Source of the DNA: Lachnospiraceae bacterium
GTDB lineage: Bacteria; Bacillota; Clostridia; Lachnospirales; Lachnospiraceae
Assembly (NCBI GenBank): GCA_017558205.1
Contig: JAFYWD010000169.1
Coordinates: forward strand, 1 to 56,593
Length of the DNA stretch: 56,593 nt
Reading direction: 5' to 3'
Shown here one piece after another: positions 1 through 9,492 of this stretch. Position 1 is the first letter of the stretch; each line of letters opens with the position of its first letter. The position numbers and the translations under genes are program-made. The notes beneath the pieces were generated by a model. The model had not been told where the DNA came from. It saw nothing but the letters and a program-made list of their open reading frames with translations, and made no database searches.

Positions 1-102
1 GGTGGTATTAGCATTAGCTACATTTTGAGAAATAATATCCATACGAAAACGTTGGGCCGTCATTCCTGTCGCATTAATATCAAAAGCATCAAACATTCCC
101 AT
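1..102 (-). CDS. flgC: flagellar basal-body rod protein FlgC, N-terminal 34 codons (gene continues past the left edge)
   Basis: Reverse complement of 1-102 reads MGMFDAFDINATGMTAQRFRMDIISQNVANANTT, the conserved FlgC N-terminus. ATG at 102-100. AGGAGG overlaps the flgB stop codon. Confidence 0.85.
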   Translation of the reverse strand, partial: MGMFDAFDINATGMTAQRFRMDIISQNVANANTT

Positions 103-114
103 TTATTATTCCTC

Positions 115-504
115 CTATTTCATAACCGTTGTTAAATTATTAAATTCATGGCCTATACTGTCAGTTAATCCCTGATAACGAATCTGGTTAGAGGCCAATT
201 CCACATTTTCAGTATCAATATCAACATTATTACCATCCAGTCGATAAGAGAATCCCGCATGATCTCTATATGTAATGGGATTTAATCTTTTCAAATTAAT
301 ATTCCCCACCTTTTCATCTATGGTCTCATAATGATTATTCTTCAGAGCTCTTCTTAATTGTTCTTCAAAATTTACATCCTGACGCTTATACCCCGGGGTA
401 TCCACATTTGCGATATTATTGGAAATCGCATCATTTCTCAACCAGGCAGCATCTGCCGCTTTATCTAATACATTAATATAATCAAAGGCACTTGAATTAA
501 ACAT
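115..504 (-). CDS. flgB: flagellar basal-body rod protein FlgB
   Basis: ORF 115-534. Product has the FlgB signature (NNIANVDTPGYKRQDVNFEE) and the C-terminal rod motif. Start moved to the internal ATG at 504 (MFNSSAF) because AAGGAGGAAG lies 5-6 nt upstream. Confidence 0.9.
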   Translation of the reverse strand: MFNSSAFDYINVLDKAADAAWLRNDAISNNIANVDTPGYKRQDVNFEEQLRRALKNNHYETIDEKVGNINLKRLNPITYRDHAGFSYRLDGNNVDIDTENVELASNQIRYQGLTDSIGHEFNNLTTVMK

Positions 505-568
505 AACTTCCTCCTTTATTGAATATATATACACTTATCCTATGATTAAAGAAATTATACACCATTTA

Positions 569-596
569 ATTATATAACTTTTCTATAAAATAACAA
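569..596 (-). promoter_or_regulatory. candidate sigma-A promoter of the flgB flagellar operon
   Basis: On the minus strand TTGTTA (596-591), a 16-nt spacer, then TATAAT (574-569), about 60 nt upstream of the flgB ATG. Motif match only. Confidence 0.3.
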
Positions 597-752
597 GGTT
601 TTTAATCAAAAAAAATTGACAAATATTGCAGTTATTTTTCTCTTTTGTCATTTAATTATTCGCTTGACAAGTAACAATATTCTTTTTTCCACCAATTATT
701 ACTATTTATTTTCGATAAACATTATTTCTTTTTTTATATCACAACGTATAAA

Positions 753-788
753 AATTCCTCATAAATAGAAGTATATTTATGAGGAATT
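753..788 (-). terminator. hairpin terminator downstream of codY
   Basis: Perfect 15-bp stem AATTCCTCATAAATA/TATTTATGAGGAATT with a 6-nt loop, directly after the codY stop (797). TTTT follows on the minus strand and a T-run also follows on the plus strand. Confidence 0.7.
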
Positions 789-796
789 CTTCTTTT

Positions 797-1585
797 TTAA
801 CTCTTTTTAATTTTTTCTTTCAATTTTTCAATTTCTTCGTAAACGGAATCATTTAAGACTTTAATATAAGTTCCTTTCATTCCTGAGGATCTGGATTCTA
901 TTACACCGGCACTTTCGAACTTACGTAAAGCATTCACAATAACAGATCTGGTAATTCCTACTCTGTCTGCAATCTTGCTGGCAACCAGAATTCCTTCCAT
1001 TCCATCCAATTCTTCAAAAATATGAACAATTGCTTCCATCTCTGAGTATGATAATGTTCCGATAGCAGAATTGATAACAGATACTTTTCTGCTTTCTTCC
1101 GCATTCTCTTCATTTACCGCTCTCAGCATTTCCAAACCTACAACCGTTGTGCCGTATTCGCAAAGTATGATATCGTCTATATCATAAAACTGTCCTGATT
1201 TATACAGGAATAAAGTACCCAGTCTTTCTCCGGCAATTTCAATAGGAGCAATAATCGCTGCATACTGACCAAAGCCAATATTCTCAATCCCCAAGGTAGC
1301 TAAATTTACATTCTCCTTGGTAGATAATACAGCAAGCATTCGTTCATTCAGACTGGGATCAATGAATTCCCCAACTGAATTGCATAACTTCTCACGAATG
1401 GGGTCCTCATCTGTGGCATAATGAAGTCCAAGGACTTTTCCCTTACGACTGATTACCACCACATTAGAAGCCAGGATATCTCTCATCACCTTACAGATAT
1501 CACTGAATACCACCTTGCATGAACTGTTGTTATGCAAAAGCTCTCCTATTTTTCTTGTTTTGTCTAAAAGTTGTATGCTACTCAT
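797..1585 (-). CDS. codY: GTP-sensing pleiotropic transcriptional repressor CodY
   Basis: 262-aa ORF with a GAF-like N-domain and a winged-HTH C-terminus (ASKIADRVGITRSVIVNALRKFESAG), characteristic of CodY. GGAGG lies 7 nt upstream. It sits between topA and flgB as in Bacillus. Confidence 0.95.
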   Translation of the reverse strand: MSSIQLLDKTRKIGELLHNNSSCKVVFSDICKVMRDILASNVVVISRKGKVLGLHYATDEDPIREKLCNSVGEFIDPSLNERMLAVLSTKENVNLATLGIENIGFGQYAAIIAPIEIAGERLGTLFLYKSGQFYDIDDIILCEYGTTVVGLEMLRAVNEENAEESRKVSVINSAIGTLSYSEMEAIVHIFEELDGMEGILVASKIADRVGITRSVIVNALRKFESAGVIESRSSGMKGTYIKVLNDSVYEEIEKLKEKIKKS

Positions 1586-1630
1586 CAGTTTACCTCCACT
1601 TTCACATCTTAAACTACATCTATGAATCGT

Positions 1631-1659
1631 ATTGTAGCATACTTTTTTGAAAACTACAA
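1631..1659 (-). promoter_or_regulatory. candidate extended -10 promoter of codY
   Basis: Minus strand: TTGTAG (1659-1654), 17-nt spacer, TGcTACAAT (1639-1631), about 45 nt upstream of the codY ATG. Confidence 0.45.
1641..1655. promoter_or_regulatory. CodY-box-like palindrome (12/15 to AATTTTCWGAAAATT) inside the codY promoter spacer
   Basis: ACTTTTTTGAAAACT compared by eye with the published 15-bp CodY consensus. Confidence 0.35.
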
Positions 1660-1670
1660 CTTTTTTTCTA

Positions 1671-1685
1671 AATTTTCTGTAAATT
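1671..1685. promoter_or_regulatory. CodY box (14/15 match to AATTTTCWGAAAATT) upstream of codY
   Basis: AATTTTCTGTAAATT lies in the 110-bp topA-codY spacer, with a single mismatch at position 10. Confidence 0.5.
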
Positions 1686-1695
1686 TATTCGTTAT

Positions 1696-3762
1696 TTACT
1701 TTTTATTGGTAATATGTCCGCATTCTTCATTAGAACAAAGCAGCTTCGTACCCTTTTCTAACATAATACTTCCACACTTCTCACAATTGATTAAAGAAGG
1801 TTTTTGCCACACCATAAAATCACATTCCGGATTATCAATACATCCATAGTACTTTCTTCCTTTTTTCGTTTTTTTCAAAACAATATCCTTACCGCACTTG
1901 GGACAGGCAATTCCTATTTTTTCAAAAAAAGGCTTGGTATTTCTGCAATCAGGAAAACCGGAGCAGGCCTGAAACCTTCCATGAGGCCCATACTTGATAT
2001 ACATGGGTCGGGAACACAATTCGCAATTTTCTCCTGAAAATTCCTCTTTGATTTTAACCTCTGCCAATTCTTTTTCTGCATTTTGTACTGCCTCCTCCAA
2101 ATCAGGATAGAAATTAGCAATAATCGTTTTCCAGTTAACATTGCCTTCCTCTACACCATCCAGTAAAGTTTCCATGGTAGCAGTAAAATTAACATCAACA
2201 ATCGAAGGAAAAGCTTCCTTCATCATCTGATTTACTACCTCACCAATTTCCGTTACATAAAGATTCTTATTTTCTTTCACAATATATCTTCTTGCTAAAA
2301 TCGTAGTAATGGTAGGTGCATAAGTACTAGGCCTTCCAATGCCCAACTCCTCCAGTGCTTTCACCAATGAAGCTTCTGTATAATGAGGCATAGGCTGAGT
2401 AAAATGCTGCTTTGCCTCCAAATCCTCAAGCACCAGCTGCTGCCCCTTTTCCAGCTGTGTTAACAACAGATTATTTCCCGACTTTTCTTCCTCCTCCTGA
2501 ATATAAACACTACGGAAGCCTTCAAACAGGATTTTATGAGCAGCCATAGTAAATCGATGCTCTCCCGCACCGATTCTTACAGAAACGGTTTCATAAACAG
2601 CATCCGACATCTGACTGGCTACAAAACGCTTCCAAATCAGCTGATAAAGACGAAACTGGTCCCTTGTTAACGACTCCTTTAATTGCTGGGGAGTATTGGT
2701 AATATCTGTGGGACGGATCGCCTCATGGGCATCCTGAATTTTCTTTTTTTCTTTGCCGCCATCTTCTCTGACTGCCAGATATTTTTCTCCGTACTGTTCA
2801 CCAATATATTCCTTGGCAGACTTTGCAGCCTCCTCTGAAATACGTGTTGAATCTGTACGCAGATAGGTAATAACACCTACCGTTCCGTTTCCTTTTATAT
2901 CAATTCCTTCATAAAGCTGCTGTGCCAGCCTCATGGTTTTTTGTGTAGAAAAATTCAGCACCTTACTTGCTTCCTGCTGCAGCGTTGAAGTGGTAAAGGG
3001 TAAAGGGGATTTTTTGCAACGCTCTCCCTTTTTTATTTCTTCCACTAAAAAAGAACCTTTCTTTACCTCAGCTATAATTGCTTCTACTTCTTCTGCCGAG
3101 CGGATTGTCTGCTTTTTATTATGATCACCGTAATACTTGGCAAGTACCGGTTTCTTCTGTCCCTCCATCATCAGGGATGCCTCCAAGGTCCAGTATTCTT
3201 CCGGAATAAAGGCATTAATTTCCTCTTCTCTGTCACAGATAATGCGAAGGGCAACAGACTGTACCCTTCCTGCACTTAAACCTCTTTTTACTTTTGCCCA
3301 CAGCAATGGTGATATACGGTATCCTACCATTCTGTCCAGACTTCTTCTGGCCTGCTGGGCATCCACTAAATTCATATTGATTTCTTTGGCTTTTTTCAAT
3401 GACTCCTTTACTGCATTTTTAGTAATTTCATTAAAGGTAATTCGGTATACCTTCTTTTCAGCCAGCTTTAAAGCTTCATACAAATGCCAGGAAATCGCTT
3501 CCCCCTCACGGTCGGGGTCAGTTGCCAGATAAATTTTTTCAGCTTTTTTTACTTCTTTTCGTAACGAGGCTAAAATATCCCCTTTCCCTCTGATCGTAAT
3601 ATATTTCGGTTCGAAATTATTTTCCACATCAATTCCCAACCGACTTTTAGGCAAATCCCTTACATGGCCATTGCTTGCCATTACCTCATAATTTGCACCC
3701 AAAAACTTTTTAATGGTCTTCACCTTGGCAGGTGATTCCACGATCACTAAATATTTTGCCAT
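1696..3762 (-). CDS. topA: DNA topoisomerase I (type IA) with C-terminal zinc ribbons
   Basis: ORF 1696-3804 with a Toprim N-terminus (LVIVESPAKVKTIKKFLG), an active-site region and several CxxC...CxxC fingers. Start placed at ATG 3762 (MAKYLVIV), which has AAGGGG 7 nt upstream. Confidence 0.95.
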   Translation of the reverse strand: MAKYLVIVESPAKVKTIKKFLGANYEVMASNGHVRDLPKSRLGIDVENNFEPKYITIRGKGDILASLRKEVKKAEKIYLATDPDREGEAISWHLYEALKLAEKKVYRITFNEITKNAVKESLKKAKEINMNLVDAQQARRSLDRMVGYRISPLLWAKVKRGLSAGRVQSVALRIICDREEEINAFIPEEYWTLEASLMMEGQKKPVLAKYYGDHNKKQTIRSAEEVEAIIAEVKKGSFLVEEIKKGERCKKSPLPFTTSTLQQEASKVLNFSTQKTMRLAQQLYEGIDIKGNGTVGVITYLRTDSTRISEEAAKSAKEYIGEQYGEKYLAVREDGGKEKKKIQDAHEAIRPTDITNTPQQLKESLTRDQFRLYQLIWKRFVASQMSDAVYETVSVRIGAGEHRFTMAAHKILFEGFRSVYIQEEEEKSGNNLLLTQLEKGQQLVLEDLEAKQHFTQPMPHYTEASLVKALEELGIGRPSTYAPTITTILARRYIVKENKNLYVTEIGEVVNQMMKEAFPSIVDVNFTATMETLLDGVEEGNVNWKTIIANFYPDLEEAVQNAEKELAEVKIKEEFSGENCELCSRPMYIKYGPHGRFQACSGFPDCRNTKPFFEKIGIACPKCGKDIVLKKTKKGRKYYGCIDNPECDFMVWQKPSLINCEKCGSIMLEKGTKLLCSNEECGHITNKK

Positions 3763-3897
3763 TTTGTATCCCCTTATCATTGCAGATCCTTTGTCCGTCT
3801 GCAAACTATCTTCACTTATACACTAAATTTTATCTATATGCAAGCAAAAATATTCGTAATCCTACAATGGCTTCTCTTTTTTTATCACTTTTTTATT

Positions 3898-4986
3898 TCA
3901 CAAAATCCCTTTGATTTTCCTTGAAATTCTGCCAAAAAAGAGTGAAAAAATTATCCCGAAAATCAGATATAGCCATTTTCCCATCTCCATACCCTTAAGG
4001 AGATAACGATACTCATAGGTAGTAAAATAGCTCTCTGCAAGAAAGTTTTCCACCAGGCCTAAACAGGCTGTGCCATAGAATATGGTATTTAAAATAAAGA
4101 AGCCAAGTACATGATGCATCATGATATCAAAACTATGTTCTCCTATCAGGTACAGCCAGGTGCCCTTTTTGAAATTTTCTGCCAGAATTCGAGAAATTCC
4201 CAGCCAAAAGCCTATTCCCAAGAAGGTTGTTATATAGGGAACCAACGGCCCATAAAGAAAACCACTGCACCATACACTGCTGTATGCCACTCTGCCTCCC
4301 GTAGCCAAAAGAACTATAAACTGAATACTACAGATGATGAGAAAGTAATATCCGTAAGAGATATTTTCTATCTTTTCCTTTAATACATTTTTATAAAAGC
4401 TGCCTGCCTGCAAAACAGGAAACAGAAAGAGCAAACATCCTATATGCCTGTAATACCCCCAAACACTTCCTCTTTGGGAAAGCACCACTGTTATCATCCC
4501 AGCCACCAATGACAAAACAAATATAATACCTTCTTTCTTTAGTCCCAACCAACCTAAAATCTTTCTCCCCAGAACATTAATAAGCTCCAGCAAAAAAAGC
4601 ACCGGTACAAACCAGGCAGCAAAATTCAACCCATACTGGTGACCTCCTAAAAAAGGCTCCAGGAAGAAATTATACAGACTAATGGGACTTCCTATAGAAA
4701 AACCAGCTCCTCTTAACACTGTCGTCAGAACACCATAAAATAAATTCCATAAATAATAAGGAAGCAGTAAGTGCATTGCCTTTCTTTTTATGTAGGCAAT
4801 CATCTGTAGTTCATTTTCTTCCCGGTAGAAATAACCGGAAATAAATACAAAAACTCCTACATGAAAGGAATAATAGGGAAACATTCCGGCAACATCAAAT
4901 ACCCCGAAATCTGCATGTCCGGCCACTACAAAAATAATAGCCAGCGCTGACAAAATCCGAACGGATGGTTCAATCTTTTTTTCCAT
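3898..4986 (-). CDS. acyltransferase family 3 integral membrane protein
   Basis: 362 aa and polytopic, with an N-terminal ALAIIFVVAGHA motif typical of acyltransferase_3 O-acyltransferases. GGAGG is upstream. Confidence 0.7.
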   Translation of the reverse strand: MEKKIEPSVRILSALAIIFVVAGHADFGVFDVAGMFPYYSFHVGVFVFISGYFYREENELQMIAYIKRKAMHLLLPYYLWNLFYGVLTTVLRGAGFSIGSPISLYNFFLEPFLGGHQYGLNFAAWFVPVLFLLELINVLGRKILGWLGLKKEGIIFVLSLVAGMITVVLSQRGSVWGYYRHIGCLLFLFPVLQAGSFYKNVLKEKIENISYGYYFLIICSIQFIVLLATGGRVAYSSVWCSGFLYGPLVPYITTFLGIGFWLGISRILAENFKKGTWLYLIGEHSFDIMMHHVLGFFILNTIFYGTACLGLVENFLAESYFTTYEYRYLLKGMEMGKWLYLIFGIIFSLFFGRISRKIKGIL

Positions 4987-5036
4987 AATATCTTATTCCT
5001 CCTACTCCTTTCCGCTATCATCAAATTCTCTTTCTT

Positions 5037-6473
5037 TTAGGATTCTCCCTTTCTTAACAGACAGATAGTTTCACAATTGGCAGTCCAGGGAAATTGATCA
5101 ATGGCAACAGCCCTTTCCACCCGATATCCATTTTTAAGGAACACTTCTAAATCACGTACCAGGCTGGTAGGTTTACAGCTAATATAAATCATTCTCTCCA
5201 CCCGGTAAGCAATAATCTTTTCCAATGCCTTAGGATGAACGCCATCTCTGGGTGGATCCAAAATGATAAAATCAGGCTTTTCTTCAATGCCATCCAGAAC
5301 CTTCAGCACATCGCCCGCAATAAAGCAACAATTATCCAGACCATTATCTATGGCATTTCTTCTTGCAGCTTCTACTGCTTCTTCTACAATTTCAACACCA
5401 ATTACCTGTTTACATACAGGCGCCATCAGTTGGGCAATGGTACCTGTTCCGCTATAAAGATCATATACTATTTTATCCGGACTTTCTCCTGCATTCCTGT
5501 CACTTAAGTCACCAATATAGTCTCTGGCTGTTTGATACAATACCTCTGCTCCCAAAGAATTTGTCTGGAAAAATGAAAAGGGAGAAATTTTAAAACGAAG
5601 GCCAAGAAGTTCTTCATAAAAATAATCCTGTCCGTATAAAATTTGTGTTTCATCACTTTTTACTACATCTGCCGGAGAATCATTTTTAATATGAAGAATT
5701 CCGATAATTTTCCCCTTTAACTCCAAGTCTGTTAACAGCCTTGTAAACTTCTCCAGCAACACTTTTTGCTTCTCATCCTCTATTTGTGTGGTAGTGACCA
5801 GGGCCACCAGTATTTCTCCTGTTTTCACTGCCTTTCTCACCAGAAGATGACGCAGATATCCCTGATGGCGTAAACGATGGAAAAAGGAGATCTCTTTTGA
5901 CGAAAAATATTCTAATACTTCTGCAAGGATCTTACGGTAATCTTCATCCATAATTTTACAATCCTTCACTGTTACGATATCATAAAAACTTCCTCTTTTA
6001 TGCATTCCCAATGACAAGGGTCCATCCTTTATCTCATCTCCAAAAGAAAATTCCATCTTATTACGATACTCATAAACGGCAGGACTTCCTTTGATTCCCT
6101 CAAAGCCATAATCTCCCTGGCGCTCCAAAAGACAGGAATCCAATAATTTTTTTATCTGCTGTTCCTTAATCAATAATTGTTCTTCATATGGTAGGGAAAT
6201 ATAAGTACAACCTCCACAAATTCCAAAATGAGGACAAGACTCTCCTGTTTCTAAAGGTGATTTTTCTATTGTTTCAAGAAGTCTTCCCTCTGCTTTTCCT
6301 TTCCGAAGCTTGGTTATGGCAATGGTTACTTTCTGTCCGGGAAGAACATTTTTTACCATACATTTCTCCTTAGAAAAACTACCATCCTCTTTTTCCACCA
6401 AAAATTCCACAATCCCCTTATTGGGAAAATCAATTTTTATTGCTGTTCCTGTAAATACTTGTCCTTTTTTCAT
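5037..6473 (-). CDS. 23S rRNA (uracil-5)-methyltransferase, RumA/TrmA family (TRAM + 4Fe-4S Cys cluster + SAM MTase)
   Basis: CPHFGICGGCTY cluster, FFQTN, DLYSGTGTI SAM motif and PPRDG motif. Start placed at ATG 6473 (MKKGQVF) behind GGAAGG. The longer ORF (to 6512) would run through the upstream terminator hairpin. Confidence 0.85.
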   Translation of the reverse strand: MKKGQVFTGTAIKIDFPNKGIVEFLVEKEDGSFSKEKCMVKNVLPGQKVTIAITKLRKGKAEGRLLETIEKSPLETGESCPHFGICGGCTYISLPYEEQLLIKEQQIKKLLDSCLLERQGDYGFEGIKGSPAVYEYRNKMEFSFGDEIKDGPLSLGMHKRGSFYDIVTVKDCKIMDEDYRKILAEVLEYFSSKEISFFHRLRHQGYLRHLLVRKAVKTGEILVALVTTTQIEDEKQKVLLEKFTRLLTDLELKGKIIGILHIKNDSPADVVKSDETQILYGQDYFYEELLGLRFKISPFSFFQTNSLGAEVLYQTARDYIGDLSDRNAGESPDKIVYDLYSGTGTIAQLMAPVCKQVIGVEIVEEAVEAARRNAIDNGLDNCCFIAGDVLKVLDGIEEKPDFIILDPPRDGVHPKALEKIIAYRVERMIYISCKPTSLVRDLEVFLKNGYRVERAVAIDQFPWTANCETICLLRKGES

Positions 6474-6489
6474 TCCTATACCTTCCATG

Positions 6490-6522
6490 CAAATAAAAGG
6501 CTGTTGAATCAATCAACAGCCT
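6490..6522 (-). terminator. rho-independent terminator after the small acidic membrane protein gene
   Basis: 10-bp stem AGGCTGTTGA/TCAACAGCCT (6498-6507/6513-6522) with a 5-nt loop, followed on the minus strand by TTTATTT. Confidence 0.6.
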
Positions 6523-6535
6523 CTCGTCTCTTATT

Positions 6536-6838
6536 TTAATTCTCTTCTACCTTTAAGTCTGATTCCTCAGTGTCCTCTGTATCCTGTTTTGGAATAATTA
6601 TTTGATCAGCTTCTTCATCCTCGAAGAAATCATCATCAAAATCGTCATCAAAATCATCCTCTAACTCTTCATCCAGCTGAGTACTGAAATAACGATAAAT
6701 ACCATAGCAGATACCTGCAATTGCAACCACTGCACCAATGATGGCTAAAATCCAAACAATGGGGCATGACTTCTTTTCTTCTTTTTTACTGACATGTGTT
6801 TTCAAAATATCCAGAATCTCATCTACTTTACTCATCAT
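6536..6838 (-). CDS. hypothetical single-pass membrane protein with a strongly acidic C-terminal tail
   Basis: 100 aa with one TM helix (WILAIIGAVVAIAGICYGIY), then EELEDDFDDDFDDDFFEDEEAD. GAGGG is upstream. No family recognised. Confidence 0.55.
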   Translation of the reverse strand: MMSKVDEILDILKTHVSKKEEKKSCPIVWILAIIGAVVAIAGICYGIYRYFSTQLDEELEDDFDDDFDDDFFEDEEADQIIIPKQDTEDTEESDLKVEEN

Positions 6839-7022
6839 TCAACCCTCATTCTTTCTTCGGACAGTTCCTGTACCAATTCTCTTATCAATCCTTCAAGATC
6901 ATTGGCGGTATATCAACACACCTTACCAAAAACTATTCCCTAATTTCTATTATGATACCACTTTTTCACAAATTTTACTACTGTTATTCTTATAATTTAT
7001 AAATTTACAAAGCTTTTTCCTA

Positions 7023-9380
7023 CTATACTTTCTTTAATTTTGCAAAAGCTGCATACATAACTTTTTGACCGGCAGACTCAAAATCGATGGTTACCTGGTA
7101 ATCTCTGGCTCCGGCTTCAATATTTTTTACAATACCTTCCCCAAATTTAATATGCTTTACTCTGTCACCTACCGTATACTCAAGACTTCCTGTCTTGGGA
7201 GCTCCTTTGGTAATTCCTTCTGCCATCGTGGTTCCACGGGCTATAAAAGGCTTATTTTCCAAGGCAGTTGCCTTAGGCCTTACCTGTGCTTTAGGTCTCA
7301 CATTTACCATTGCTTTTTTTCCGGTTTCTCCCATTCCCTGACCCAGGAAAGAAGTTTCCATCGTATTGCCGCCTCCAAAGGGCTTAGCCTTAAACATGCT
7401 TTTCTGTGGGGAATCTTCTTCATAAAACACTTCTTTTTTAGGTAATGATGCGGGACGGTTATCCATTAAATGAGCCGGAATTTCCCGCAGAAAACGGCTC
7501 ACAGGGTTATACTGTGTTTCCCCTCTGATCATTCGCGATCTGGCAGCACTTAAGGTCAGCTCCTTCATAGCTCTGGTAATTCCTACATAAGCCAGTCTTC
7601 GTTCCTCTTCAATGGCAGTAGGATCCTCATCCATAATGGTCATGTAGCTTGGGAAAATTCCATCCTCCATTCCCGCCAGATAAACCACGGGAAATTCCAG
7701 TCCCTTAGCACTATGCAAAGTCATAAGCAGTACCTTGTTACTATCCTCATTTACAGAATCTATATCTGACACCAGCGCTACCTCTTCCAGAAATCCGCTT
7801 AAATCTGCCTCTTCCTGCTCCGCTTCATATGCTGTTATCTTTGTAATCAGCTCATCGATATTTTCTATTCTGTCCCGGGCATCCTCTTCTTCATGCTCGA
7901 ATAAATATTCTCTGTATTGTGTAACCTGGAGAATATCCTCCATCAGATTTTTTAATCCATAAATTTTTACCTTACTTCTGAAAACCTGAATCATATTCAC
8001 AAAGCCGGTAAGCTTTCCCACCGCTTTCCCCAAACCGGGAATTCTTTCTGCTTCTGATAAAGCGTCAAAAAAGCTGATATTTTCATCTATTGCATAATTT
8101 TGAACTTTTTGGAGAGTGGTGGCCCCAATACCTCTTTTGGGAACGTTAATAATCCTTTTTACCGCCAGATCATCCTTCCCATTATCTATGGTTTTTAAAT
8201 ATGCCAGCATATCCTTAATTTCTTTTCTGGCATAAAAGTTAGTACCTCCCACCAAATCATAAGGAATCCCCTCTCTTACAAAATACTCCTCCAGAATACG
8301 TGATTGGGCATTTGTTCTGTAAAGTACTGCACAATCCTTATAATCCGCCTCCTGCTGCCTTCTCTTCTTCATAATGTCAAAGGTAATATGTTCTGCTTCC
8401 TCATAAGCTGTATCAAAATGACGGAAACGAAGTCTTTCCCCCTCTTCCTTGGAGGTCCAAAGTCTTTTTGCCTTCCTTTCCGTATTATTCCGGATGACAC
8501 CATTGGCTGCTGCCAGAATATTTCCGCAGGATCTGTAATTTTGCTCCAGCTTAATCACCTTAGCATCAGGAAAATGCTCTTCAAAGTCCAGAATATTTTT
8601 AATATTGGCTCCACGGAATTTATAGATTGACTGATCATCATCTCCTACTACGCAAAGATTTCTGTATTTGGAGGATAAAAGGCGTACCAATTCAAATTGT
8701 GCTGTATTAGTATCCTGATATTCATCCACACTGATATAACGAAATCTATCCTGATACTGCTCCAAAATATCAGGTGCCGTTCTAAATAACTCCACCGTAA
8801 GATTGATCAAATCATCAAAATCCAGTGCATTGCTTTTCTTTAAGGAATTTTGATATTCCTCATAGGCCTGTCCAATTTTTTCTTCCCAATAATCACCCGT
8901 GGCATTTAAACGGAATTCTGCCGGAGAAACCAATGAATCCTTTGCCTTGGAAATGGCTGCCAGTACTGTTTTTTCCTTTAGCCTTTTAGGGTCAATCTCC
9001 AATCTTTTTAAAACTTCCTTCATAACATTTTTTTGGTCATCAGAATCATAAATTGTAAAATTTGTATCATAGCCCAAAATATCAATATAACGTCTCAAGA
9101 TTCTTACACAGGTGGAGTGAAAGGTTGATACCCAGATTTGTTCGGCCCCATAGCCTACAATATCCTGTACTCTTTCCTTCATCTCTCCTGCCGCCTTGTT
9201 GGTAAAGGTAATGGCAAGAATATTCCAGGGCTTTATTCCTATCTCCTCTACTAAATAAGCAATTCTGTGGGTGATTACACGTGTCTTACCGCTTCCTGCA
9301 CCTGCCAGAATCAGCAAAGGTCCCTCCGTATGAAAAACTGCTTCTTTTTGTTCTGTATTTAAGGTATCGTATCTGCTCAT
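7023..9380 (-). CDS. pcrA: ATP-dependent DNA helicase PcrA (UvrD family, SF1)
   Basis: 785 aa with Walker A AGAGSGKT, DEYQDTN, the remaining helicase motifs and the PcrA/UvrD C-terminal Tudor-like domain (GDRVKHIKFGEG). Confidence 0.95.
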   Translation of the reverse strand: MSRYDTLNTEQKEAVFHTEGPLLILAGAGSGKTRVITHRIAYLVEEIGIKPWNILAITFTNKAAGEMKERVQDIVGYGAEQIWVSTFHSTCVRILRRYIDILGYDTNFTIYDSDDQKNVMKEVLKRLEIDPKRLKEKTVLAAISKAKDSLVSPAEFRLNATGDYWEEKIGQAYEEYQNSLKKSNALDFDDLINLTVELFRTAPDILEQYQDRFRYISVDEYQDTNTAQFELVRLLSSKYRNLCVVGDDDQSIYKFRGANIKNILDFEEHFPDAKVIKLEQNYRSCGNILAAANGVIRNNTERKAKRLWTSKEEGERLRFRHFDTAYEEAEHITFDIMKKRRQQEADYKDCAVLYRTNAQSRILEEYFVREGIPYDLVGGTNFYARKEIKDMLAYLKTIDNGKDDLAVKRIINVPKRGIGATTLQKVQNYAIDENISFFDALSEAERIPGLGKAVGKLTGFVNMIQVFRSKVKIYGLKNLMEDILQVTQYREYLFEHEEEDARDRIENIDELITKITAYEAEQEEADLSGFLEEVALVSDIDSVNEDSNKVLLMTLHSAKGLEFPVVYLAGMEDGIFPSYMTIMDEDPTAIEEERRLAYVGITRAMKELTLSAARSRMIRGETQYNPVSRFLREIPAHLMDNRPASLPKKEVFYEEDSPQKSMFKAKPFGGGNTMETSFLGQGMGETGKKAMVNVRPKAQVRPKATALENKPFIARGTTMAEGITKGAPKTGSLEYTVGDRVKHIKFGEGIVKNIEAGARDYQVTIDFESAGQKVMYAAFAKLKKV

Positions 9381-9390
9381 TTATTCTCCC

Positions 9391-9427
9391 AAAAAGTAAG
9401 ATGCTGCAGTCTACTGCAACATCCTAC
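9391..9427 (-). terminator. rho-independent terminator after the SPFH gene
   Basis: 13-bp stem. It is fully paired only on the minus-strand RNA, where two positions form G-U pairs. TTTTT (9395-9391) follows. Confidence 0.7.
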
Positions 9428-9492
9428 TCTTTTATCATACTTCTATCTTTTTCTTAATAACTGTTACTTAATAATATTTTACTTAGCTGTAA

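Noticed and set aside
3137-3532. 131-aa plus-strand ORF inside topA, and similar antisense ORFs inside pcrA, rumA, the GTPase gene and others
   Set aside because: All are shadow ORFs opposite strongly supported conserved genes.
6536-6838. Acidic DDDF-repeat tail of the small membrane protein as a functional repeat system
   Set aside because: It is only about three short repeats in one small ORF with no conserved context. That is insufficient to claim more than a hypothetical protein.
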